A stretch of 48,682 nt of DNA, from positions 1-48,682 of the IMG/VR virus record IMGVR_UViG_3300045988_068230; one strand, 5' to 3'. Below, in pieces: positions 40,506 to 48,682 of the stretch; positions within the stretch are counted from its first letter, which is position 1; every line of letters starts with the position of its first letter. Below the pieces are notes generated by a model. It saw only the letters and a program-made list of their open reading frames with translations. It did no database searches and had not been told where the DNA came from. Source of the DNA: a virus. The position numbers and the translations under genes are program-made.

Positions 40506-42420
40506 AAATATTGAAAATTTGCAAGCAAATGATTTTATGCAGAAGCAACTGTATGAAGAACTTTTTTCAATAAAAAGTAAAATCGACCGTTCGGAAGCTA
40601 AATTTAAGTTAATGGACAGGGCGAAGAGTGTAAGAGCAAAAAGCATAGCCGAGGAATTCATAAAAGAATTCCAGAAAGCAGAACAGGACAAGGAAAAAGA
40701 AGAAAAAGTAAATCGTTCCATGCAGTTAGTTGAAAATATCACGAACTTTTATGAGGATAATATTGGAAAAGAATATCCCAACATGGCTTGTGGCAGCTGG
40801 ATAGCTACAGAAAACGGAATATTTTCTTCTGAAACATCCAAGGCGAGAGAACTTGTATGCCACCATCCGATCATGCCGATATGTCGACTGAAAAATATTG
40901 AGACAGGCGAAGAACAGATCACAGTGGCTTTTAAAAGAGATGGACACTGGACAGAAATAACTGTTCCAAAAATCGACATTGTGACTTCCAGGGCGATAAC
41001 TAATCTTGCAAGGTTCGGTGTGCAGGTCAACTCGGAGAATGCAAGGCTTCTTGTGAAGTATCTGGCGGATGTTGAAATGTACAATGCCGATATGATCGAC
41101 ATACAGCACTCTACGAGCAAGTTAGGGTGGCATGGCAATGTATTTGTGCCTTACGACCTTTCAATCGTCTTTGACGGCGAATACCGCTTTAAAACACTAT
41201 TCCAGAGTATACAGGAAAGTGGAGACTACTTCAAGTGGGTGACTCTGGCCAAACAGTTACGGTCGTGCGGACGATTAGAGCCACGAATAGCACTAGCGGC
41301 ATCTTTCGCAAGTGTGCTTGTGCAACCACTTGACGCGCTGCCATTCATTGTGGATTTCTACGGACAGACAGGCGGCGGAAAGACGGTGACTATCAACATA
41401 GCTGCTTCCGTCTGGGGAAACCCGTCACCGGGAGCCTATGTTGGAAATTTCCGGTCAACAGATGCATCGTTAGAGACAAGAGCGGACATGCTCAATAACT
41501 TTCCAATGATTCTGGACGACTCGAAGAACGCTTCTCAGTATATTCGGGACAACTACGAAACATTGATTTACAATCTCTGTTCCGGTAAAGGGAAAGGAAG
41601 ATCAAATAAGGACCTCGGAACAGCTAAGGAGAATACATGGAGTAATGTAACCATTTGCAACGGCGAGAATCCTATTTCAGAATTTGCAGATTCCGGTGGA
41701 GCAATCAACAGAATTATTGAAATTGAGTGCTGCGAAGATATTTATGAGAATCCAGCAGAAATTAATAGCACTGTAATGAAAAATTATGGTTTTGCCGGAA
41801 GAGTATTTGTTGGAAATCTAAAAAAATTTACACCAGATGAGCTGAAAGAAATGAAATCTGATATTGAAAAGGGCTTTGATGGATATAATTTTCCAGCAAA
41901 ACAGGTAATGGCTATATCTACTCTTCTACTAGCGGATAAATTAGCTACAGATTTCATATTTAAGGATGGACGTGAGCTGACAGTCGAGGACGTTGTGGAC
42001 ATACCTACACACAAGAAAGATGTATCGGAGGGTCAACGATGCTATGAATTTATCATTGAAAGCCTTTCAGTATACGGACAGCACTTTGATGCGCAATTCA
42101 GCTGTGATCAGTGGGGGTTCAAAGAGACACCAGATGAGTATGGAGATGTATATGTGTATTTTTATCCAAAGCCTCTTGAGAACCTTTTGAAGAACAACGG
42201 ATTCTCCAGAAAAGCCTTTTCAGCATGGGCGATTAATCGAGAATTAATTAAACATACGGGAAAAAGGGATACGGTAATAAAAAGAGATGGGGGAAGCGTA
42301 ATGAGACTTGTTGCTGTAAAGATTATTGATATAAAAGATCTTGAAGACGAACAAGAAAATGAGCATGTTGAAGCTGATTTTATACCTGCCAATACCAGAA
42401 CAAGTGTTCCGTTTTCGTGA
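40462..42420 (+). CDS. DUF927-type replicative helicase / primase-associated P-loop protein
   Basis: Walker A GQTGGGKT and Walker B ILDDSKN. The start is uncertain (TTG 40441, ATG 40462); overlaps the upstream gene. Confidence 0.75.
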   Translation: MKYCQLRQEVRSILENIENLQANDFMQKQLYEELFSIKSKIDRSEAKFKLMDRAKSVRAKSIAEEFIKEFQKAEQDKEKEEKVNRSMQLVENITNFYEDNIGKEYPNMACGSWIATENGIFSSETSKARELVCHHPIMPICRLKNIETGEEQITVAFKRDGHWTEITVPKIDIVTSRAITNLARFGVQVNSENARLLVKYLADVEMYNADMIDIQHSTSKLGWHGNVFVPYDLSIVFDGEYRFKTLFQSIQESGDYFKWVTLAKQLRSCGRLEPRIALAASFASVLVQPLDALPFIVDFYGQTGGGKTVTINIAASVWGNPSPGAYVGNFRSTDASLETRADMLNNFPMILDDSKNASQYIRDNYETLIYNLCSGKGKGRSNKDLGTAKENTWSNVTICNGENPISEFADSGGAINRIIEIECCEDIYENPAEINSTVMKNYGFAGRVFVGNLKKFTPDELKEMKSDIEKGFDGYNFPAKQVMAISTLLLADKLATDFIFKDGRELTVEDVVDIPTHKKDVSEGQRCYEFIIESLSVYGQHFDAQFSCDQWGFKETPDEYGDVYVYFYPKPLENLLKNNGFSRKAFSAWAINRELIKHTGKRDTVIKRDGGSVMRLVAVKIIDIKDLEDEQENEHVEADFIPANTRTSVPFS

Positions 42421-42422
42421 TT

Positions 42423-42723
42423 TGTAACCATGTAACCATGTAACCAGCGGAAAAGCATGTGTATAGGGAATAAAAAAATATATAAAAAAATCATATATAC
42501 ATTGCAATCTCCTATAGGAAAACCTTGGTTACATTGGTTACACGGTTACACACCTCTGAAACCCGCATAAAATAAGAGTTTGAAGTGTAACCAAGGTAGC
42601 TGAAAGGTTGGTTACACGTTGGTTACAAAAATAAAATGATTACACAAATTAAAAAAATAAAATTAAATTGTATGAAAATTCAGATTGTTACAATTGGTTA
42701 CTAAGGCATAAGGAGTGGTTACA
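42423..42723. repeat. Iteron array (GGTTACA/TGTAACC, at least 12 copies) with AT-rich core: candidate replication origin
   Basis: TGTAACC at 42423, 42431, 42439 and 42586. GGTTACA at 42527, 42536, 42544, 42610, 42621 and 42717. Variants at 42639, 42686 and 42696. AT-rich stretch at 42466-42500. Confidence 0.7.
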
Positions 42724-42726
42724 AAA

Positions 42727-44127
42727 ATGGAAAAAGAGAAACTTAATAAAAAACAGCGGTACGCATTGGACACAATGCTGTCTGGCAGTAATGTTTTTCT
42801 GACAGGTGATGCAGGAACAGGCAAGACAACGGTTATTCAGACATTCATTGATGAGGCGGAAAAAGCTGGTAAAAGTGTTCTGGTATCTGCTACTACCGGA
42901 ATAGCTGCGGACAATATCGGATACGGAGCGACTACCGTACATCGCGCACTGAATATTTCAATCAAATTTGAGGATTACAAGAAAAAAGTGAAATCCAGAG
43001 CTGAACTGTTGGAGGAAGCGGATATCCTTATTATTGACGAAATCAGTATGTGCCGGTTTGACCTGTTTAATATGATTGCCAAGACAATCATCACGGAGAA
43101 CGAAGAAAGAGCCGTTGGCAGACTTCTGGGCGGAGAGGATAAAGAAGACATTCAGCTTATCGTAATCGGGGATTTCTACCAGCTTCCACCAGTTATCACA
43201 ACAGATGATCGTAAAATTCTCTGCCGGATGTATGGATCTGATTATGGAAAGGGTGGAAAGTACGAACACGGATATGCTTTCATGTCTGAATATTGGAAAG
43301 AAATGGGATTTGAATATATCAAACTTGATGAGGTATGCAGGCAGAATGATGAGGGATTTAAGTATGTGCTGAATGATATTAAATATGGCAACAATATTAG
43401 AAAATCAATTGCATATCTGGAGAATAACGAATCGGACAAGGTTATACCGGAAGCACCGTTTCTAGTCGGAACAAACGCTGAAGCTGATCGGATTAATAAT
43501 ACTTTCCTTGACAAGTTGGATAAAAAGACCGAAAAAGTGTTTCATGCAGCAGTTGACGGAGAATTAACGTCTGCTGATATTAAGAACATTGCATTTGCCA
43601 GAGAGGACTTAATTCTTAACATCGGTGCAAAAGTAATGATTACAGTCAATGATCTGTCCGGAAATTACGTAAATGGAACAATCGGCATTATCCAGAAAAT
43701 TGTGGACAACGGAGAATTTGAAGAATCTTATCTGGTTATCAAGACTGATAAGGGTAAAACAGTTAACTTGTACAGATACAGTAAAGACATTGAGAAACAG
43801 GTTATTAAGGAATCCGAACAAGAAAAGGATGGTCAGAAGATCGTGAAAGAGAAGATTGTCCGTAAGAAAGTAGGCTCTTTCTCTCAGTTCCCGGTAAAAC
43901 TTGCATGGGCGATTAGTATTCATAAATCACAGGGACAGACATTTGAAAAAATCAACATTGATCCTTGTTGTTGGGATCCTGGACAGTTCTACGTGGCTGT
44001 TTCCCGGGCTAAATCAGCTAACGGCATACATTTTATCAGACCGATAAAACAGAGCTATATAAAGGCGTTTAGCAAGGATAACGAGCGACTTCTCGAACAG
44101 AGTTTTGAGGTAGAAGAAGGTGTATAA
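42727..44127 (+). CDS. Pif1/RecD-like SF1 helicase
   Basis: Walker A GDAGTGKTT, Walker B IIDEISM, plus GDFYQLPPV and SIHKSQGQTF motifs. Confidence 0.85.
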   Translation: MEKEKLNKKQRYALDTMLSGSNVFLTGDAGTGKTTVIQTFIDEAEKAGKSVLVSATTGIAADNIGYGATTVHRALNISIKFEDYKKKVKSRAELLEEADILIIDEISMCRFDLFNMIAKTIITENEERAVGRLLGGEDKEDIQLIVIGDFYQLPPVITTDDRKILCRMYGSDYGKGGKYEHGYAFMSEYWKEMGFEYIKLDEVCRQNDEGFKYVLNDIKYGNNIRKSIAYLENNESDKVIPEAPFLVGTNAEADRINNTFLDKLDKKTEKVFHAAVDGELTSADIKNIAFAREDLILNIGAKVMITVNDLSGNYVNGTIGIIQKIVDNGEFEESYLVIKTDKGKTVNLYRYSKDIEKQVIKESEQEKDGQKIVKEKIVRKKVGSFSQFPVKLAWAISIHKSQGQTFEKINIDPCCWDPGQFYVAVSRAKSANGIHFIRPIKQSYIKAFSKDNERLLEQSFEVEEGV

Positions 44128-44129
44128 GT

Positions 44130-44399
44130 ATGAGAGTGACGCGTGAGCAGATACCGAACACCATAAAGTTTTTACAAATCGACTTTCCGGCACTGGTTCT
44201 CCAGACTGCCGGAATAGAAGAAAGGGACGAATACTGGCAGCAGGTAGTTGAGCAGATACACGTTGTATCAGACAAATATAATAAAAACGGCTTTGTGGAT
44301 CACATGCTTACGGCCTATGCGGATTATCTGGACAAGATGTATAAAAAAGCTAAAAATCTGAACAAGGAGAAAACCAATGAGCAAAATGAGAGAGTATGA
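44130..44399 (+). CDS. Hypothetical protein
   Basis: SD GAAGGTG; 89 aa. Confidence 0.6.
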   Translation: MRVTREQIPNTIKFLQIDFPALVLQTAGIEERDEYWQQVVEQIHVVSDKYNKNGFVDHMLTAYADYLDKMYKKAKNLNKEKTNEQNERV

Positions 44400-44760
44400 G
44401 CGTGGCAGAGAAGACGGCCTTGATTTGGCGCTCAGAATTGTTAGAGATGGTGGTATAGAAGCGCTTGAGAGGGAAATAAAATTTCGGGGCATTACAGGAG
44501 TACATACCTCCTTGGCCAGTAAGGACCTAGATAAGGCAGCGCAGAAAATCAAAGAAATGACACTTGATACATTTACAATCCTTGGAATCGCCGTTTTGCA
44601 TGATGATTTCGGATTCGGACAGAAGCGCTGCCAGAAATTCATGGACGGCATGGATAGAGGGGCTGATTATCTGATGGATGATATGGCAACCTGGGAGGAT
44701 TATAGAAAATCAATCAAAGAGGAACTGAATCTTGATTTGAGATTCCGAATTAACGATTAA
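44377..44760 (+). CDS. Hypothetical protein
   Basis: SD AAGGAG lies 7 nt before ATG 44377. Confidence 0.6.
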   Translation: MSKMREYERGREDGLDLALRIVRDGGIEALEREIKFRGITGVHTSLASKDLDKAAQKIKEMTLDTFTILGIAVLHDDFGFGQKRCQKFMDGMDRGADYLMDDMATWEDYRKSIKEELNLDLRFRIND

Positions 44761-44774
44761 GCGAGGTGTTATTG

Positions 44775-45035
44775 ATGGGAAAATACAATACAGAGTGCAA
44801 ACATAAAGAGGGACAGGAAATGTATAAAGCGGTATATCACTTTATTCTGAAATATTACCGTAAACACCACTATATGCCGTCCACAAGAAATATTGCAGAT
44901 GGATTAGACATTTCAATGGCTACTGCCAGAAAACACTTTAATTTGCTCTTGGACAACGGATTGCTCGTTAGCGAGGATCTGACAGAGCAGAGGGCGTATA
45001 GATTGAGTTATTCAAAGGTAGAGACTGGTGTATAA
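44775..45035 (+). CDS. Winged-helix DNA-binding protein
   Basis: SD GAGGTG before ATG 44775. MPSTRNIADGLDISMATARKHFNLLLDNGLL is a wHTH motif. Confidence 0.6.
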   Translation: MGKYNTECKHKEGQEMYKAVYHFILKYYRKHHYMPSTRNIADGLDISMATARKHFNLLLDNGLLVSEDLTEQRAYRLSYSKVETGV

Positions 45036-45114
45036 AGAATTGGTCAGAAGATTTGGAACGTAAATATTATGGATTTAGAACAAAAAAACAATCAAGATAT
45101 TGTGTATTAAAATC

Positions 45115-45357
45115 ATGTACCAACTGCACAATAGCGTGTCAGTTGCTTACATGGGGAAAGCGAGGATGGAAACGGATTATAAACACTGTAGTTGTGGATG
45201 CGGTGGAATTATAGGGCAATACAGTAAAGCAAGTGGATTTAGCTGCGAAAGATGCAATAAAGAGTATCAATTATCAGAGCTAAATTTTGATTGGATTGCA
45301 TTGAATGAAAAGACAGGATGGCTGTTTCCAATGTTGAAAAAGGAGGACACAAAATGA
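45115..45357 (+). CDS. Zinc-ribbon protein; start uncertain
   Basis: CSCGCG...CERC motif. Possible starts at 45100 (TTG), 45115, 45151 and 45166; none has a good SD. Confidence 0.4.
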   Translation: MYQLHNSVSVAYMGKARMETDYKHCSCGCGGIIGQYSKASGFSCERCNKEYQLSELNFDWIALNEKTGWLFPMLKKEDTK

Positions 45358-45641
45358 AATTCAAAAGTAATGCCAAGTACAAAGAGGAGCCCAAAACCGG
45401 GAGTATTTTCGCCTTGAAATACAATTCTTTAGGAATCGTTATCCACAAATACGTTGGTTGTGGAGATGCACTGTTTCTCAACTGTAGTGCATTGGATATT
45501 TTCAACCACAATCTCGGAACAGAGGATTTTGAGGAAGCCGTCAGCAAAGCGAAAGAAGTTGTTATGTGCGAGGTTGAGAAAATCAGAGAAGATTCGTATA
45601 AATTCTATTCGGACACAAACATTGAATTTGATAGATATTAG
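45354..45641 (+). CDS. Hypothetical protein
   Basis: SD AGGAGGA before ATG 45354 (track start 45318). Confidence 0.6.
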   Translation: MKFKSNAKYKEEPKTGSIFALKYNSLGIVIHKYVGCGDALFLNCSALDIFNHNLGTEDFEEAVSKAKEVVMCEVEKIREDSYKFYSDTNIEFDRY

Positions 45642-45650
45642 GAGGACGTA

Positions 45651-46010
45651 ATGACAGAGCAGGAAAAGAAAGAACTTCTGGACGAACTTGAAAAGCGCAT
45701 GGATGAGAAATACAAAGGTTGCCTTACCAGAGAAGATATCGCAACCACACTAAAAGTGCCGAGAGAAAAGTGGTTCAGAGATGAAAACGGAAATGGAAGG
45801 AATTCTCTTATGACAGATGCTTTTGATTCTTCCATTATCTCATGGCAGGTTTGGGAAACGATTAGAAAGTTGACTTGCGTTATCTGTGGCAAGCAGTATG
45901 TTAGACAGCTTGCAAATGTAGAGAATGCGGATGAGATTGCAGAGAAGCTTTGCCAGTTCGTTTATGATTTGAAGATGGATTTTAAGAAACAGGAGGACGA
46001 AAAATGTTAA
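45651..46010 (+). CDS. Hypothetical protein
   Basis: SD AGGAGGA; 119 aa. Confidence 0.6.
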   Translation: MTEQEKKELLDELEKRMDEKYKGCLTREDIATTLKVPREKWFRDENGNGRNSLMTDAFDSSIISWQVWETIRKLTCVICGKQYVRQLANVENADEIAEKLCQFVYDLKMDFKKQEDEKC

Positions 46011-46243
46011 TCAGAAGTCAGGATAAAACAATATTAGTAAATGTTGATAATGCTTTTAATATTGTAATTCGAGATATCAACGGAGCAGCGGCAATTTACG
46101 CTGGAAGTTCAAGCAGTTGCTGCAATATCGCAGAATATTCCACCAAAGCAAAAGCCATGAAGGTACTGGACATGATTCAGGAAGCATATATAAACGGACA
46201 TGTGGATTATCAGATGCCAGAGGACAGTGAGGTGGTTGTATGA
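46004..46243 (+). CDS. Hypothetical protein
   Basis: SD AGGAGGA; 79 aa. Confidence 0.6.
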   Translation: MLIRSQDKTILVNVDNAFNIVIRDINGAAAIYAGSSSSCCNIAEYSTKAKAMKVLDMIQEAYINGHVDYQMPEDSEVVV

Positions 46244-46341
46244 TTGCATTTTTATTAGGATTCACCCTTGGAATCATATTCGGAGTGGTTGGTATTATAT
46301 GTATAGCGATCATGTACGACAAGCACCACCCAGACGATTAG
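46240..46341 (+). CDS. 33-aa single-TM peptide (below the ORF-track cutoff)
   Basis: ATGA overlap with the upstream stop. MIAFLLGFTLGIIFGVVGIICIAIMYDKHHPDD. Confidence 0.45.
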   Translation: MIAFLLGFTLGIIFGVVGIICIAIMYDKHHPDD

Positions 46342-46354
46342 AAAGGAGAACGGC

Positions 46355-46669
46355 ATGCTGACAAGGAATAAAAAGCTGAAAGACTACGGTATTCCGGCTG
46401 AAGACATTGAAAAACTGAATACGATGCTGAAAGACTTCCCGGCAGAGTACGGCTACCTGCTTTCCAGTGCCGCCTTGTCAGCTTGCCCGAAGAACACGGT
46501 GATAGCGGATATGGTTATTGAGAATATCCTACACCGGAAAAGTTACAGGAAAATCAGTAAAGAAAGATATATCCCAATGAACCCGAAAGATTTTTATGGA
46601 TACAGGCGCAAGACCGTCGCTGTACTGTATGAGAGGATGAGGCTGTTGGGAGTGTGGGAGGATGAATAA
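46355..46669 (+). CDS. Putative transcriptional regulator, paralog of 48309..48608
   Basis: SD AAAGGAG. Shares L.D(Y/F)G..PEDI..L and (K/R)ERYIP....DFY.YRRK with the gene upstream of terS. Confidence 0.55.
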   Translation: MLTRNKKLKDYGIPAEDIEKLNTMLKDFPAEYGYLLSSAALSACPKNTVIADMVIENILHRKSYRKISKERYIPMNPKDFYGYRRKTVAVLYERMRLLGVWEDE

Positions 46670-46897
46670 ATGCGGTTAATAGATGCAGACGAATTGAAAC
46701 ATGTAATACATTGTGCGTATTCTGATGATTTAGAAATTCTTGAAAAGATTGATGAGCAGCCGACGATATTTGACGTGGATAAGGTTGTAGAATCACTTAT
46801 GAACAGATTTCGTGTTGTTTCCAATGATGAGGACTTGGAATGGAACAGAGCTATAGATTACGCTATTAAAATCGTAGAAGGTGGTGGAGTTGAATGA
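46670..46897 (+). CDS. Hypothetical protein
   Basis: SD GGGAGGA; MRLIDADELK N-terminus. Confidence 0.6.
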   Translation: MRLIDADELKHVIHCAYSDDLEILEKIDEQPTIFDVDKVVESLMNRFRVVSNDEDLEWNRAIDYAIKIVEGGGVE

Positions 46898-47169
46898 GTA
46901 AATCAGTATTAGTGATTGATACACCTAAAAAATGTGATTCGTGCATGTATATTGGTACATTCCATTCTTTCTGTAGAATAAATTGCAGAGATATTAAGGA
47001 TATAAGTGTTAAGCCAGATTGGTGTCCATTGAAGCCATTGCCGGAGAAGATGAAACTTACTGGGAATTATAACGGTGAGTATTCCAAAACAGGAGGAAAA
47101 ACGCTAGGCTATAAGGTTGGCTGGAATGCTTGCATTAATGAGATTACAGGAGGTGAGGCAGATGATTGA
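46894..47169 (+). CDS. Hypothetical Cys-rich protein
   Basis: SD GGTGGAG; contains CDSC...C...C...CPL. Confidence 0.6.
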   Translation: MSKSVLVIDTPKKCDSCMYIGTFHSFCRINCRDIKDISVKPDWCPLKPLPEKMKLTGNYNGEYSKTGGKTLGYKVGWNACINEITGGEADD

Positions 47170-47560
47170 TCTGGCAAATAAATGCGTATTAGTCATAACA
47201 CATGAAGAGTATGAAAATGTTCTAAAAGTAGCAAAGAAACAAGGATATAGATGGTACGGCGGAAAAGAAGCGTATCCATATCCCTTTGAAGAACAGCAGA
47301 TCCCGGATATATTAAAGTTCTATAGCAATAAAGAACTAACAAGAAACGCCAGCCTTGCACCGGGATATGAATTAGTAGAAGCATCAGATGTAATGGAAGA
47401 TGAAAAGAAACTTAGAGAAGCAATAGCTCACGTTAAGTATTTTGCGAATAACAAAAACAGAATGTCATTAACAGATAAGATTATCGAATCAATGTTATTG
47501 CTTGCAAATGCCACAGAAAGCCAATTGGAGGAGATGAAGAAGAATGCCATACAACATTGA
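47162..47560 (+). CDS. Hypothetical protein
   Basis: SD AGGAGGTGA before ATG 47162 (track start 47117). Confidence 0.6.
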   Translation: MIDLANKCVLVITHEEYENVLKVAKKQGYRWYGGKEAYPYPFEEQQIPDILKFYSNKELTRNASLAPGYELVEASDVMEDEKKLREAIAHVKYFANNKNRMSLTDKIIESMLLLANATESQLEEMKKNAIQH

Positions 47561-47828
47561 TAAAGGTATTATCGCAGATAGCATTCAGCACTACGGCAAA
47601 AACAATCAAAGTACAGTCTGCATGGAAGAATGCGCAGAACTTATTCAGGCAATCAGTAAGGCAAAGCGCGGAAAAATCAACCGTGATAACATAATAGAAG
47701 AAATTGCAGATGTGTTAATCTGCATCGAAATGCTAAAGCAAATGTATATGATTTCCGATGAGAAAATTAATAAGTGGATTGAGAAGAAACAGGCAAGAGA
47801 AGTAGAAAGGATGAAGAAGAATGAATGA
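47544..47828 (+). CDS. MazG-like nucleotide pyrophosphohydrolase
   Basis: MEECAELIQAISK...IIEEIADVLICIEML is the EExxE...EexxD MazG core. Confidence 0.75.
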   Translation: MPYNIDKGIIADSIQHYGKNNQSTVCMEECAELIQAISKAKRGKINRDNIIEEIADVLICIEMLKQMYMISDEKINKWIEKKQAREVERMKKNE

Positions 47829-48135
47829 AAAAGAAGCAATTAAATTCTTGCAGAGCCGTGCCGATCTAATCAAAAATGATTATCCAGCAGATCAAAAAGA
47901 AGAAATTCAGAAATATTATCAATCTCTAAAGATGGCAATTAGAGCATTAGGAAAACAGATCCCTAAAAAGCCTATAGATGAGTGTGGATTTGATTATAGT
48001 AAACCTTCTGATGGATTCATACAGTGCAGGTGTGGCGCAATGTCGCATGTTAATCTCTATTACTCAAAAACAACAACATACTGCTGGAGATGTGGGCAGG
48101 CACTTGGTTATTGGGGAGTGGGTGATGGCAAATGA
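47821..48135 (+). CDS. Zinc-ribbon protein
   Basis: Contains CRCG...CWRCG; 104 aa. Confidence 0.6.
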   Translation: MNEKEAIKFLQSRADLIKNDYPADQKEEIQKYYQSLKMAIRALGKQIPKKPIDECGFDYSKPSDGFIQCRCGAMSHVNLYYSKTTTYCWRCGQALGYWGVGDGK

Positions 48136-48284
48136 GTGCGATAAGAATAGTAGAAATAGTTACTCAATTCATGTTCTGTATATATGCGATATACAAGGCT
48201 CATGAATCAGCCAGATGCAACAATGTATCATTCACGGTATTTTATTACACATGGTGGGCGTTATGCCTTATGTCTTTATGGTAA
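48132..48284 (+). CDS. 50-aa hydrophobic peptide (below the ORF-track cutoff)
   Basis: ATGA overlap with the upstream stop. Hydrophobic segments IVTQFMFCIYAIY and FYYTWWALCLMSLW. Confidence 0.4.
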   Translation: MSAIRIVEIVTQFMFCIYAIYKAHESARCNNVSFTVFYYTWWALCLMSLW

Positions 48285-48308
48285 TACTTAGCTAGAAAGG
48301 GTGATAAT

Positions 48309-48608
48309 ATGCGAACCAGGCAAAAGTCACTTGTTGATTTTGGCGTATATCCGGAGGATATTAACCGCTTAAAGGATATATGCCACAAAGCCACACCGGA
48401 TCAGCGCCACACTATCTTGCATTGTTGTATAGATTCCTGTCCCCCGGGACTCGAACTCTTGGTGTATGAATCAATAGTTTTGGATCGCTCCTATGATCGG
48501 ATCGGGAAACGGGAGTATATACCGGCAAAGCGAGATGATTTCTATGCATACCGGCGCAAGGCGATGAGCCGTTTTTATAACATCTTAAGACTATCTCAAG
48601 AAATATAA
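48309..48608 (+). CDS. Putative late-gene transcriptional regulator (paralog of 46355..46669)
   Basis: SD AAAGGGTGA. This is the last gene before late promoter box 1 and terS on the circular map, the usual place for a late activator. Confidence 0.55.
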   Translation: MRTRQKSLVDFGVYPEDINRLKDICHKATPDQRHTILHCCIDSCPPGLELLVYESIVLDRSYDRIGKREYIPAKRDDFYAYRRKAMSRFYNILRLSQEI

Positions 48609-48627
48609 TTATTACAATTAATATTTT

Positions 48628-48682
48628 GAATGTGGGGACAAATGTTTCTGCCATGTATGGTAATATAGTATATATCTATAAC
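48628..48682. repeat. Terminal direct repeat, copy 2
   Basis: Exact 55/55 match to bases 1-55. Confidence 0.95.

Noticed and set aside
1-48682. Other system classes: cas genes, reverse transcriptase (retron or DGR), toxin-antitoxin pairs with known toxins, stop-codon recoding
   Set aside because: No RT, Cas or recognisable toxin motifs were seen in any frame. ORFs are long and contiguous under the standard code, and the two tRNAs are not suppressors.

Overview
The window is one complete temperate, siphovirus-type phage genome. An exact 55-bp overlap between the two ends closes it, leaving 48,627 bp of unique sequence. Strong AGGAGG ribosome-binding sites, sigma-A-type promoters and a CHAP+SH3b lysin suggest a Firmicutes (Clostridia-like) host.

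Gene order:
- late promoter, then terS/terL/portal, a fibre-like pair and head-morphogenesis genes
- a small opposite-strand accessory locus (7.3-8.9 kb)
- a seven-gene accessory island (8.9-12.9 kb)
- a second late promoter, a structured leader and two tRNAs (Tyr-GUA, Ile-UAU)
- scaffold, capsid and connector genes, interrupted by a five-gene island
- major tail protein, chaperones, tape measure, Dit-like protein, tail fibre with a self-cleaving chaperone domain, and lysin
- attP-like repeats, tyrosine integrase and a membrane-anchored Mrr-type nuclease
- RHH/Rha regulators and the CI/Cro switch
- replication module (P-loop ATPase, DUF669, ERCC4 nuclease, CHC2 primase finger, DUF927 helicase, GGTTACA iteron origin, Pif1-like helicase)
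- small late-early genes, including MazG and two paralogous regulators

The most unusual signal is at 7348-8558. A near-consensus promoter drives two tandem ~65-nt RNAs. Both hairpins in each RNA are preserved by seven compensatory base-pair changes between the copies. Their 5' and 3' ends match the ends of a type I-C CRISPR repeat. About 1 kb downstream lies a solitary 32-nt unit that folds like a canonical I-C repeat with an 11-nt handle. These RNAs bracket an RHH-led cassette of small proteins, and no cas genes or array are present. I interpret the locus as a candidate RNA-plus-protein anti-CRISPR island. That interpretation is inference and is untested.

All calls come from reading the sequence and the ORF track. 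No database search was run.
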